49,276 nt of DNA from Promethearchaeota archaeon (GTDB taxonomy: Archaea; Asgardarchaeota; Lokiarchaeia; Sigyniarchaeales; SOKP01). Location of the stretch: assembly GCA_048941065.1 (NCBI GenBank), contig JBHLNY010000002.1:1-49276 (forward strand). Reading direction: 5' to 3'. Numbering within the stretch: the first letter of the stretch is position 1; each line of letters opens with the position of its first letter. The position numbers were made by a program, and so were the translations under genes. Below the pieces are notes generated by a model, which was not told the origin of the DNA, did not search any database, and saw only the letters and a program-made list of their open reading frames with translations. Positions 29,298-39,142 of the stretch are shown piece after piece.

Positions 29298-30869
29298 ATG
29301 GTACTAGAAAAACAAATCTTAAAAGAACTCCAAGAAATCGTAGGTTTAGAAAATGTTAATGATGGTGAAGTAATCACAAATGCATATAGTTATAACTGGT
29401 GTATGGAGTTTGTTAATTATATGGAAGATAAAGAACCTATTCCATTTTCTGTTATCCCTAAAGCCGTGATATTACCTTCTAATAGTGAAGAAGTGCAAAA
29501 AATTGTAAAGTTATGCAATAAATATGCTTTACAGTTTAAAGCCCAATCTACAGGATTAGGTCCATGGAATCAACCCTCTTCAGAGAATTGTATACTTTTA
29601 GATTTAAGAAGAATGAATAAAATCATTAAGATTGATGAAAATAATCTGTATGCGGTGGTAGAACCCTATGTTAGTGGTGCACAACTACAAGTTGAAGCTA
29701 TGAAATACGATTTAACAGTTCATATGCCAGGTGCAGGTCCACAGGTATCCCCTCTTGCTAGTGCAACCTCAATGAATGGTCCAGGTTTTACTGCTCCTTA
29801 TACAGGACATAGCGCACGTAATGTCTTAGGTGTTGAGTGGGTTTTACCCGATGGAGAAATAATTAAGTTAGGTTCAGCCGGTAATACCCATAATCCTGAT
29901 TGGTACAATGGAGATGGTCCAGGTCCTAGCTTAAGAGGGATAATGAGAGGTTGGGCAGGAGCAAAATCTGGTATTGGTGTGTTTACTAAAGTAGCAATCA
30001 AACTTGTACCATATCCATGTAGTACCCAGTTTGAATTAAGAGGATATTGTCCTAATTATGATTTTAAGATCCCTGATTTTATGAGATTGTATGTTATGGA
30101 TTGTCGAAGTTATAATTATCTTGAAAAAGTTATTTTACGAATAGAAGAAGAGGAAATATCCTTTATGTGCAGTCATTTATCAGGTTATGGTTTAGCAGCA
30201 ATATTTTCAAATAGCTTTGAATCCATGATGGATAAAATGGCAATTGCCAGTTTAAAGACTCCTTTAGTCGTAATTATCACAGCAAGAACTAAACGAGAAT
30301 TTAATTACAAACAAAAAGTAATGGAGATGCTTCTGGATGAACTCAAATTAACAAACATTATTGGGGCAAAATATATTCCCAATTCACTTTTTTATGCTGA
30401 AGCATTACGTTCAAATTTAGGGTTGCATGGTTTTATAGCAACAGGAGGTTTTCAATCAGCTAAAGGTCAATGCGATACAGCCTCAATATGCCTTAAAACT
30501 ACAAAAACAAGTATTCCTTTGAAAAAGAAGTATATCAAAAAAGGAGTAATAGGAAATGATTTTGGAGAAGGAGTCTGGATGACTTCATATGAGTCGGGTC
30601 ATTATTTCCATGTTGAATCCATAACGTTGTTCGACCAAACTAAAGAGGAAAGTGTAAAGGGAATGGGTGAATTTATGGAAGATAATTATCAATTTGATTT
30701 AGTTAAGCATCTAGGAGCTCCGTTCTTTGTGGAAGGCGACCGTATGCATGATATGTTTGGTCCTTATATGATGGATTATCAGAAATGGTTGAGAAAGATA
30801 AAGAAAGAATTTGATCCCAACGGAATTGCTGATTCTGGATTTTATATCTCATCAAATCCAGATAAGTAA
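29298..30869 (+). CDS. second FAD-binding PCMH-type oxidoreductase (GlcD/GlcE-like)
   Basis: 523 aa. PKAVILPSNSEEVQKIVKLCNKY, LGVEWVLPDGEIIKLGS and C-terminal KKEFDPNGIAD. The ATG follows the preceding TAA immediately. Confidence 0.75.
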   Translation: MVLEKQILKELQEIVGLENVNDGEVITNAYSYNWCMEFVNYMEDKEPIPFSVIPKAVILPSNSEEVQKIVKLCNKYALQFKAQSTGLGPWNQPSSENCILLDLRRMNKIIKIDENNLYAVVEPYVSGAQLQVEAMKYDLTVHMPGAGPQVSPLASATSMNGPGFTAPYTGHSARNVLGVEWVLPDGEIIKLGSAGNTHNPDWYNGDGPGPSLRGIMRGWAGAKSGIGVFTKVAIKLVPYPCSTQFELRGYCPNYDFKIPDFMRLYVMDCRSYNYLEKVILRIEEEEISFMCSHLSGYGLAAIFSNSFESMMDKMAIASLKTPLVVIITARTKREFNYKQKVMEMLLDELKLTNIIGAKYIPNSLFYAEALRSNLGLHGFIATGGFQSAKGQCDTASICLKTTKTSIPLKKKYIKKGVIGNDFGEGVWMTSYESGHYFHVESITLFDQTKEESVKGMGEFMEDNYQFDLVKHLGAPFFVEGDRMHDMFGPYMMDYQKWLRKIKKEFDPNGIADSGFYISSNPDK

Positions 30870-30897
30870 ATTAGAAAAAGAATAATAATAAGATGTA

Positions 30898-31311
30898 ATG
30901 ATTATAATGGAAACTAAATTAGTTGAAAAGAAAGCTAGAGGTTTTGCTGGAATTATTAAAAATGTTCTAGACCCTCTAAATGAACATCCCAACTTTAAAG
31001 AAAAATTTAAAAATGTAAACCGAAAATATCTCGTAAATGCTTCGAATTTAAACTTTGCTGCCTTAATTATAATAGAGAATGGTACCATAATTATTGAGAG
31101 TGTTAGAAATGTGCCAAAAAGTAATTTAAAAAAGAAGATATTAGGCTGGAATGGTTATATATCCATGAACTCCCAGATCTTTTTAGCACTTGTTATGAAT
31201 AAAATATCCTTATTAAATATTGGATTAAAATGGCTTACAAGAAAAGTGAAAATTAAGGGATTGATAAAAATGGTTACTCTTTTAAAATTAATTAATCTTT
31301 TAAAAGAATAA
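30898..31311 (+). CDS. possible SCP2 (sterol-carrier-like) domain protein
   Basis: 137 aa. A beta-rich centre and the C-terminal ISLLNIGLKWLTRKVKIKGLIKMVTLLKL resemble the SCP2 G-K-hydrophobic-K-I-x-G motif. Weak call. Confidence 0.4.
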   Translation: MIIMETKLVEKKARGFAGIIKNVLDPLNEHPNFKEKFKNVNRKYLVNASNLNFAALIIIENGTIIIESVRNVPKSNLKKKILGWNGYISMNSQIFLALVMNKISLLNIGLKWLTRKVKIKGLIKMVTLLKLINLLKE

Positions 31312-31330
31312 ATAAAACCCACTTGAATTC

Positions 31331-32023
31331 TTATTTTTCTTCTAATGCTTTCTTTGGAAATAAACGTTTTTTTAATTTGGCTGTCCCTGTATCCATATCA
31401 TATTCTAATAATCCTACTTTCGCTAATTCTTGAACAGAATGTAGTATGAATGCACCTCCTATTCCTGTTGTATTTTTCAATTCATCTCTTGTCATTGCCT
31501 CCTTATCTCCATGGAGTGTATATAATATCCTGTAATGTGGTTGCCCTTGCCAAATTTCAGAGACTAAGGCCGTATAAATAGATAATAATGCACGAACTCT
31601 TTCAAAATTAAATTCTGCTTCCTCTGCTTCTGCAGCAGCTTTCATAAATTTTTGTAATTCGACTTTTACCTTTTTATATTCATCAAGTAATTTCATTTGT
31701 TCTTCAGTCATCGCACCTATTTTCTGATCTCGTTCTTGCTTTTCTTTAGCTAGTGTTCTTGTTTCTTCTTCTAGTTTAATTTTATCCTGCTCTAATTGCT
31801 TTTTTTCCACTTCTAATTTATTTTTTTCATCTTCTAACTGTATCTTTTCAGCTTCAAGGATTTCTTTCTCATTGCTTAAAGACAATTTATCATTTTCAAG
31901 CTCTATTAATTCATTTCTTGCAGATTCTAAAATATTTATAAAATCTTTAAAATTAGTTTCTACATCCCTTAGGGTTTTATCAATAATATTTAAAGTGCTT
32001 TTTTCTTCTGACATTGGAATCAC
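31331..32023 (-). CDS. coiled-coil protein with C-terminal winged-helix-like domain
   Basis: 230 aa. Long E/K/L heptad region (LEDEKNKLEVEKKQLEQDKIKLEEE). The C-terminal YRILYTLHGDKEAMTRDELKNTTGIGGAFILHSVQELAKVGLLEY is wHTH-like. Confidence 0.6.
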   Translation of the reverse strand: MIPMSEEKSTLNIIDKTLRDVETNFKDFINILESARNELIELENDKLSLSNEKEILEAEKIQLEDEKNKLEVEKKQLEQDKIKLEEETRTLAKEKQERDQKIGAMTEEQMKLLDEYKKVKVELQKFMKAAAEAEEAEFNFERVRALLSIYTALVSEIWQGQPHYRILYTLHGDKEAMTRDELKNTTGIGGAFILHSVQELAKVGLLEYDMDTGTAKLKKRLFPKKALEEK

Positions 32024-32081
32024 AATATATTTTTTTCAATTATTTTTATTATATTTATTCAATAAAAAAACTTTTTCAAAT

Positions 32082-33311
32082 ATGGTCAAAGAAAATAATT
32101 CCATTCATAAACAAAAACTTATTCTGGGAATTTCAGTTCAAGTATTTTTAATGGGATTAGTATCATTTTTTACTGATGTATCAAGTGAAATGATACAAAG
32201 TATTTTACCACTATTTATTTTTTCTATTGGTGGAACTGCTACCATTCTAGGTTTAATCTCAGGAGTAACAACAGCAATATCAAATATTTTAAAAGGAGTT
32301 ACAGGATGGTTAAGTGATAAGATAAATAGAAGAAAACCCTTTGTTGTTGCTGGTTATTCATTATCAAATTTATCTAAACCGTTTATTGGTCTTAGTCCAT
32401 CTTGGGAATTTGTTTTAGGATTAAAAACAGCAGATCGTTTTGGAAAGGGTTTAAGAACCTCTTCGAGGGATACTCTGATCTCCTATTATTCTGTTGAAAG
32501 AGGTAAAGCATTTGGATTACATAGAGCAATGGATACTCTAGGTGCTGTAGTTGGTTCACTTTTAGCTTTTCTTTTCTTATTGTTAGCATGGACTTATTCA
32601 CAGATTATTTTTTTCTCTATTTTTCCAGGTATTTTGGCAATTTTCTTAATATTAATGGTGAGAGATGTTGATCCCAATAGTCTAGATAAAAAATTAGGAT
32701 TTCTAAAAGATTTGGGACCTAAAATGGATAAAATAGATAAAAATTTCATCAAATTAATAATAATTCTTGGAGTTATTGAATTCGCTAGCCTAGACATCGC
32801 GTTTCTTATCATTAGAGCTGCAGATTATGTCCCTGTTAAATTTCTAATTCCCGTTTTATATCTTATAAGTAATATTATCTATACATTCTTTTCTCCTATA
32901 ACTGGGACGATATCTGATAAAATTGGACGAAAACCAGTCATTATAATAGGATTATGTATATTATTAATTACCTGCATTTTTCTTGCTTTTCCTATTAAAA
33001 TTTCACTCTATTCAATAATACTAATAATCATTATATTTATTGCTTATGGGTATTATTTAGCTTCTGTAGATCCTATTTCACGAGCTTACATCGCAGATCT
33101 AGCCGGGAAGAAAAAACGTGGAAGAGCTTATGGCTATTATTATCTTTCAGTTGGACTCATTTCTTTAGGAGAATCCATTATTTTTGGTATAATTTACGAT
33201 GTATTTTCCTATATCTGGGCTTTCTTATATATTTCAATTTTATTATTTTTATGTATCATAATATTTTCTATAACTGATTTCTCTAAAATCATCAGTAAGG
33301 AAATAAGTTAA
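32082..33311 (+). CDS. MFS transporter
   Basis: About 12 hydrophobic helices. MFS motif-A-like GWLSDKINRRKPF and ISDKIGRKP. Start moved to the ATG at 32082 because the upstream part of the ORF is antisense to the coiled-coil gene. Confidence 0.8.
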   Translation: MVKENNSIHKQKLILGISVQVFLMGLVSFFTDVSSEMIQSILPLFIFSIGGTATILGLISGVTTAISNILKGVTGWLSDKINRRKPFVVAGYSLSNLSKPFIGLSPSWEFVLGLKTADRFGKGLRTSSRDTLISYYSVERGKAFGLHRAMDTLGAVVGSLLAFLFLLLAWTYSQIIFFSIFPGILAIFLILMVRDVDPNSLDKKLGFLKDLGPKMDKIDKNFIKLIIILGVIEFASLDIAFLIIRAADYVPVKFLIPVLYLISNIIYTFFSPITGTISDKIGRKPVIIIGLCILLITCIFLAFPIKISLYSIILIIIIFIAYGYYLASVDPISRAYIADLAGKKKRGRAYGYYYLSVGLISLGESIIFGIIYDVFSYIWAFLYISILLFLCIIIFSITDFSKIISKEIS

Positions 33312-33317
33312 TAATTT

Positions 33318-34580
33318 TCATTTTTCTTGAGTCCATAAATCAGCTAAATAGATTAAAACTTCCGCTGCTTTTTGTAAAGCTAGAGTGGGAATATATTCTT
33401 TTCTGGAGTGAGCTAAATGTCCACCAGTAAATATATTTGGAGTTAAAATTCCTTTTGCGCTCAGTTGAGCTCCATCTGTGCCTCCTCTTATTGCGTGAAT
33501 CTTTACTTCTACTCCTGCTTTTTCAATAGCTAATTTTGCTAAATCGACAATTTTTTGCTTTTTCTCAATAAATCTAATCATATTTTGATATTGATGAAGA
33601 AAATTTAATTCGATTTTTAATCCGGGATAACGAAGTTCATATGTATTTTTTAGATTCCTAAGATAATCCATTCTTCTCTGGTTATTTTGTTCAGCATAAT
33701 CTCTAATGATCATTCTTGCCGTAGCTTCCTCAGATACACCTTGTAATTTAGATAAATGAAAATAACCTTCTCTTTCTTCTGTATGTTCAGGTAACTCTGC
33801 TTCAGGAATTTCACTAAAAAATCTAGTAGCGATTTGTATTGCGTTTATCATCAGATTCTTGGCATATCCGGGATGAACACTTAAACCTTTAAATTTAAAG
33901 GTTGCTAACCATGCATCAAAGCATTCAAATTCTAATTCTCCTATTTCACCTCCATCCACAGTATAGCATGTTTTAGGTAACTTCTTCTCATTAACTTTTT
34001 TAATACCTGTCCCTGTTTCTTCATCGGGAGTAAAACATAATATTATCGGACCATGCTTTAATTCCGGAAATTTTTGCCATACCGCACATGCAGCCATAAT
34101 TTCAGCAATTCCTGCCTTATCGTCAGCTCCTAACAATGTATCTCCTTCGGAAGTTATAATATCAAGACCTATATATTCTTCTAAATTAGGAGAATCTTCA
34201 ATCGTTAAAATTAACTCTTTATCTTGTAAGAATTTAATTTCTTTTCCATTATAATTTTGATGAATAACCGGTTTTACCTCTTTTCCACTAGCAGCAGGTG
34301 AAGTATCTAAATGGGCTAACAAACCAATCGGTTTTACTTTTTCAAATCCAATACTTGGTGGCAAATATGCATAAACAAAACCAAATTCATTAAGAGTGAT
34401 TTCCTCAAGATCTAGAGATTTTAACTCATCAACTAATAATTTTGCTAAATCAAATTGAATTTTAGTAGAAGGAACGGAAGTAGATGTTTCATCTGAAGTG
34501 GTCCAGACTTTTGTGTACCTTAAAAATCGCTCTAAAGCTTCATTTAACAAAAATTCTTGGATCTGTTTTGATATAATCAT
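33318..34580 (-). CDS. pepT: peptidase T (M20B tripeptidase)
   Basis: LERFLRYTKVWTTSDE, HLDTSP, LGADDKAGIAEIM and PDEETG motifs. Start set at the internal ATG (34580), which removes the overlap with the crotonase gene. Confidence 0.85.
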   Translation of the reverse strand: MIISKQIQEFLLNEALERFLRYTKVWTTSDETSTSVPSTKIQFDLAKLLVDELKSLDLEEITLNEFGFVYAYLPPSIGFEKVKPIGLLAHLDTSPAASGKEVKPVIHQNYNGKEIKFLQDKELILTIEDSPNLEEYIGLDIITSEGDTLLGADDKAGIAEIMAACAVWQKFPELKHGPIILCFTPDEETGTGIKKVNEKKLPKTCYTVDGGEIGELEFECFDAWLATFKFKGLSVHPGYAKNLMINAIQIATRFFSEIPEAELPEHTEEREGYFHLSKLQGVSEEATARMIIRDYAEQNNQRRMDYLRNLKNTYELRYPGLKIELNFLHQYQNMIRFIEKKQKIVDLAKLAIEKAGVEVKIHAIRGGTDGAQLSAKGILTPNIFTGGHLAHSRKEYIPTLALQKAAEVLIYLADLWTQEK

Positions 34581-34623
34581 TTTAATCAATAAATTATTTT
34601 GTAATTTTATAATTAAGAAATTT

Positions 34624-35313
34624 CTATCTTCCTTTAAATTTGGGATCACGTTTCTGTGAAAATGATTTCATACCCTCTCCAAAATCATAAGTCCTAATGT
34701 TCTTACAATATAATCTAAATTCTTTTTGTAAGGAAGGAAATAATTCATTGTACTGAGAATAGTTTAGCATAGCTTTATCATAACCAATACACATTGTTGG
34801 AAGTTCGGTTATCTTCTGTATATACTCTTTTGATTTCTCTTTAAATTTTGAAAGTGGAAAGACTTTATTAACGAGCCCAATTTCAAGTGCTTCCTCTGCA
34901 TCAAGAAGTCTACCAGTCAGTATTATATCCGTTGCTCGTGCTAATCCTACAATTCTTGGAAGAAACCAACTTGTTCCGCTTAAAACACATTGAGCTCTTG
35001 TACTACGATAATCACCAATTTTTAAATTATCTGCAGCTAATCGAAAGTCACAAGCAAGTGCTAAATCAAACCCTGCTCCCAAACAATACCCATTTAGCAA
35101 TGCTATTACGGGTTTTTGAATTTCACGAATCAACCGGACTACTCTATGATGAGGTATTCGAGATCCATCTTCTAATGGTGGAAATCTAGGACCTTCTGGT
35201 CCTAAATTTATCATATCATCACCAGAACAAAAACTATGACCTTCTCCTTCAATAACAAGGACACGTAATGCCCTTTTCTTCATAATTGACTCCATAACAT
35301 TTACAATTTCCAT
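34624..35313 (-). CDS. enoyl-CoA hydratase/isomerase (crotonase) family protein, 5' end anomalous
   Basis: FCSGDD, ALLNGYCLGAGFDLALACD and oxyanion-hole context. The conserved N-terminal strand (GIGTITLNRPDKLNAI) is encoded in frame upstream of the first ATG, with no ATG/GTG/TTG available (see findings). Confidence 0.85.
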   Translation of the reverse strand: MEIVNVMESIMKKRALRVLVIEGEGHSFCSGDDMINLGPEGPRFPPLEDGSRIPHHRVVRLIREIQKPVIALLNGYCLGAGFDLALACDFRLAADNLKIGDYRSTRAQCVLSGTSWFLPRIVGLARATDIILTGRLLDAEEALEIGLVNKVFPLSKFKEKSKEYIQKITELPTMCIGYDKAMLNYSQYNELFPSLQKEFRLYCKNIRTYDFGEGMKSFSQKRDPKFKGR

Positions 35314-35539
35314 TAATAGCGGATATTGTATGGCATTAAGCTTATCTGGGCGATTTAATGTTATTGTCCCAATTCCCTTTTCAAATTTATATTTTATATC
35401 ATTAAAATCAGTATTTAAGATAAGAATCCTCTCTCAGGATTATATTGTTAAATATAAGTATATATAGATATTAACCAAAATATTATTTACGTTAAAATTA
35501 ATTTTTTTAGACTTATACAATATTCAAAGAGAAGATACC

Positions 35540-36757
35540 TTGAATTCATTTGATAAAGAGACATCTGAACCAAGCTTGCAAAAATACGAACGGCGTTATG
35601 ATTTAGATTGGTTACGAATTATTGCGATATTTCTAGTGTTTATATATCATTGTGCACGATTTTTTGACTCTGAAGATTGGCACGTAAAGAATGATATCGT
35701 AGACAAATACTTAATCGGATATTTTACTTTTTTAACTGGAATTGGAATGCCTCTCTTTTTTATGATTGCAGGAATGGGTGCTTTTTATGCGTTAAAATTT
35801 CTAAAAGGGAAAAAGTATATATTAGCACGATTTATTCGCCTAATGGTTCCATTTCTATTTGGAATCTTTACACATATATCTATACAAGTGTACCTTGAGC
35901 GTATAAACCATGGAGCATTTAGTGGTAGCTTTTTTGAATTTTACTTTACTAAATATTATAATGGTCTGTATGGTTTTGGAGGAAATTTTGCTTGGATTGG
36001 CTTACACTTATGGTTTTTAGTTCTACTTTTCCTTTTCTCGTTAATAACCTTACCCTTATTTACTTACCTTGGAAAAGAAAAGAATCATGACAAACTGTTA
36101 TTACTAGGATCATTTTTTAAAAAGCCTGGAGCGCTTTTATTATTTATGATTATTCCTATTATTATCGAACTATTTAACCCTTTTGACGGAGATGGTGGAA
36201 TTCCGAGATTTGGGGGATGGAATATTATTTCACTATTAATTTTCACCATATATGGCTTTCTATTAGTTTCAAATGAGCATTTTAAGAAATCTATCGAAAA
36301 TAATGAGAGGATTAGCTCTGTTATTGGTGTGATTTCAGTGGTATTACTTATCATAGTATTAGCTTTCTTTTTTGATGCCATTTTTTATAATGACCAATTT
36401 ACTATTGCAGATCCTCTATTTTGGATTATCAGAGGGATGTATGGTTGGTGCTGGATAATTATACTACTTAATATTGGCAGGAGATACCTTAATTTCAATA
36501 GTAAATCGAGAAGATTTTTAAATGAAATTGTTATGCCCTTTTATATACTTCATCAAACTATAATAGTGATTATTGGATTCTTTATTATTGAATTAGAGAT
36601 TCTCATTATAGTAAAATATATTATAATTAGTTCAGTATCACTTGCTATAATTCTAGGCTTAGTTTTATTAATAAGAAAACTAAATTTTCTTCGATTTTTA
36701 TTTGGAATGAGGTTAAAAAAGAAAAAAGTTGTGGAAGAAAAACCAGTAGAACCTTGA
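35540..36757 (+). CDS. membrane acyltransferase (acyltransferase-3 family)
   Basis: 405 aa, about 10 TM helices. N-terminal YDLDWLRIIAIFLVFIYHCARFF is typical of the family. TTG start. Confidence 0.75.
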   Translation: MNSFDKETSEPSLQKYERRYDLDWLRIIAIFLVFIYHCARFFDSEDWHVKNDIVDKYLIGYFTFLTGIGMPLFFMIAGMGAFYALKFLKGKKYILARFIRLMVPFLFGIFTHISIQVYLERINHGAFSGSFFEFYFTKYYNGLYGFGGNFAWIGLHLWFLVLLFLFSLITLPLFTYLGKEKNHDKLLLLGSFFKKPGALLLFMIIPIIIELFNPFDGDGGIPRFGGWNIISLLIFTIYGFLLVSNEHFKKSIENNERISSVIGVISVVLLIIVLAFFFDAIFYNDQFTIADPLFWIIRGMYGWCWIIILLNIGRRYLNFNSKSRRFLNEIVMPFYILHQTIIVIIGFFIIELEILIIVKYIIISSVSLAIILGLVLLIRKLNFLRFLFGMRLKKKKVVEEKPVEP

Positions 36758-36821
36758 ACAAACCAGAATCTAGCTTTTTTTCCTTACTATATTAAAATAA
36801 AAAGAAAAGGAAGAAATTTAA

Positions 36822-37502
36822 TTACCAAAATCCAAATTTCTCATCCAAGTTTGATCCATATACAAGGAAATAAGGAATTACGAGATCTAAAACACCTGTA
36901 TAGAAATTAATTATTGGGGTAAAAATTAAAACTGCTGTTATACCTTTAATATTTCCTAAACCAATAACATCAAGATCAACAAAGTCAAATGCTTCTATCC
37001 CCCACACTGTCGCAAAAAAGAGTAAGTTTAAAAATATCATTGCTCCAATCCTAACAATTAAACTTAATAATCCACTTACAGTATATATTTTTGGATCTTT
37101 TAATTTTTGGCTATTAGATACTCCCTTCTCATTTAAATTAAAGACAAAGTATGGTACAATAATTAGAGGAATTGTAGCTGCAAATTTAAAAGCTGGACCT
37201 ATTCCCGTTGGATCAATAATTAATAAGCCGAATGAGCCAGTAACACAACTTATTAACCCTGCTGTGGCGCCAAAGATTAAGAAGCAGGCAATCCATAACC
37301 AAGAAGTAGGATCAAACATTGCAATTCCCCATCCTTGAATTCTAGAAGAATTTATTATTGGGGAAAGAATAATAGCAACAACAGTAGAAAGAGCTCCAAA
37401 AATAGCTCCTCCAGCAAGCTGTAATGTAAACTGTGTTTTTTTTGACCTAAACGCCTCAATTTCTTCAGTTATTTTAACTTCTGATTCTTTAACTTCAGAC
37501 AT
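36822..37502 (-). CDS. integral membrane protein (possibly ECF-transporter S-component-like)
   Basis: 226 aa, about 6 hydrophobic helices. The functional guess rests on topology and size only. Confidence 0.55.
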   Translation of the reverse strand: MSEVKESEVKITEEIEAFRSKKTQFTLQLAGGAIFGALSTVVAIILSPIINSSRIQGWGIAMFDPTSWLWIACFLIFGATAGLISCVTGSFGLLIIDPTGIGPAFKFAATIPLIIVPYFVFNLNEKGVSNSQKLKDPKIYTVSGLLSLIVRIGAMIFLNLLFFATVWGIEAFDFVDLDVIGLGNIKGITAVLIFTPIINFYTGVLDLVIPYFLVYGSNLDEKFGFW

Positions 37503-37777
37503 TTTTTACTCAATAAAATTATTTTTTTTATACTTATTGTGAGAAATCAAAACTTTATAGTTTATAATACTTATGGGTATAAGTAATTGTGATGATTTGG
37601 AGCATTATTTTGAGAAATGTAAAATTTTTTTACTATATATGAGATCTGGAAAATTATCTAGAATTATTATCAATTAAGGAGAAGCTAATTATTCTTTTTA
37701 TTGTGTTTATTATGATTTTTAAAGATTTGATCTACTCATTTTTGGATTTTAATTTAAAAATTTTGTATATTATTTTT

Positions 37778-39133
37778 TTATTTTAATAGCTTTTTCTCTT
37801 TTGCATCTAATTCCAACCAATCACTAATATTTTTAAGTTGTTTTCGTGATGATCCGGAGAGGATTTTTAAGAAGGGTAGGAGTTCTTGTATGAATTCAAT
37901 TGGAGAAATTTCATATATTTTTTGTATTTTTTCAGCGAATTCTTTTTCGGTATTTGTTAATGAAAAATAACTCCCAGAAATATAACGAGGGAATACAACC
38001 CTTCGAAATCCTTTAGCTACTGGTGTTTGTTTTCTGGATAAAGCAACACCTCCTGCAAAAAGATCATAGAAGTAAGGTAATAACCCCCAATATTGGTTTT
38101 TACGGATTCTTCCGAAAACTTCATCTGCTAGGGAGAGATTTTCGTAGGCATCAGCGATTTCTCTATTAGTTTTTAGGAAAGTTGGGAGATTTTCATTTAT
38201 CCATTTATATAGAAAATTGTAATCAACATCTGATTTATCTGTTAAGTTCCGGGCTTCTGATATTGTAGAAACTTGAAATAAATTCCGTATTAAAGTAAAA
38301 ATTTCTTCGATACTATCTCGATGTAAGCTAAGGATCAATTCTTTGTTATCCTTATCCATTACACCTTGACTAATTCCTTGAAGATCATTAATAACACCCC
38401 TTAAATCTCCGTTATTCTTATCTATGATAAGTTCTAAATCTTCTTCTGTGAGATCAGTTATTTTCTCCTTTTCAAGAATCTTTTTAGCAATTTTAAGCAT
38501 TTCATTTTTGGGTAATGGGTGGACTTCAATCCTTTGTACTTGATTATAGATTGGTTGTAAGTTTGTTTTATATTCATTTGAACACATGATAACTGGAAAT
38601 TGAGTATTTTGAATTAATTCTAATATGGTTGGAACTGCACCTCTATCTTGTACGCCATAAATACCATCAATCTCATCAATAAGAATCATTTTATCTTTTG
38701 ATTGAGTGATAAAGTCCATAATCCCTCTCGTTTTTGTCGTTTCTTTTAGTTTACTTTCTATGGCTCCCCTAGTTCGCGTATCAGAAGCATTAGTTTCAAT
38801 AACTTCCATATTTAAATCATTTGCAAGGGCATAAACTATCGAGGTTTTTCCTACTCCAGGCGGTCCTTCTAATAATATAGCTGCTTTTTCTGGAGATATT
38901 TTTAGTTCTTCTTTTTGATCTTTTTCTACAGCAGTCCTATTAAAGGCTCTTATTTTTTTATTTTCCTCATTTATTTTGTTGATCTCAGTTTTAAATTCTC
39001 TAATAAAATTATTTAATTCCTCATCCAGTTTTATCCTATGCCCACTAACTCGTGCTGAGGGTAAAGCCATATCTTTAAGACTTTGAGGTCTATACTTTTC
39101 AACCCAAGGAATGTTATTTATTTTTTTGGACAT
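37778..39133 (-). CDS. rfcL: replication factor C large subunit
   Basis: PWVEKYRPQSL box II, LLEGPPGVGKTS Walker A, ILIDEIDGI Walker B, DRGAV. The ATG at 39133 is preceded by GGTGA with a 5-nt spacer. The alternative GTG at 39142 abuts the upstream stop codon. Confidence 0.88.
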   Translation of the reverse strand: MSKKINNIPWVEKYRPQSLKDMALPSARVSGHRIKLDEELNNFIREFKTEINKINEENKKIRAFNRTAVEKDQKEELKISPEKAAILLEGPPGVGKTSIVYALANDLNMEVIETNASDTRTRGAIESKLKETTKTRGIMDFITQSKDKMILIDEIDGIYGVQDRGAVPTILELIQNTQFPVIMCSNEYKTNLQPIYNQVQRIEVHPLPKNEMLKIAKKILEKEKITDLTEEDLELIIDKNNGDLRGVINDLQGISQGVMDKDNKELILSLHRDSIEEIFTLIRNLFQVSTISEARNLTDKSDVDYNFLYKWINENLPTFLKTNREIADAYENLSLADEVFGRIRKNQYWGLLPYFYDLFAGGVALSRKQTPVAKGFRRVVFPRYISGSYFSLTNTEKEFAEKIQKIYEISPIEFIQELLPFLKILSGSSRKQLKNISDWLELDAKEKKLLK

Positions 39134-39142
39134 TTTAATCAC

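Noticed and set aside
31872-32081. N-terminal 70 codons of the 479-aa ORF (31872..33311)
   Set aside because: This part runs antisense through the coiled-coil gene and is low-complexity. The MFS protein starts plausibly at the ATG at 32082 (MVKENNSIHKQKL...).
34581-34649. 23-codon N-terminal extension of the PepT ORF
   Set aside because: It overlaps the 3' end of the crotonase gene. PepT homology (LERFLRYTKV...) begins just after the internal ATG at 34580.
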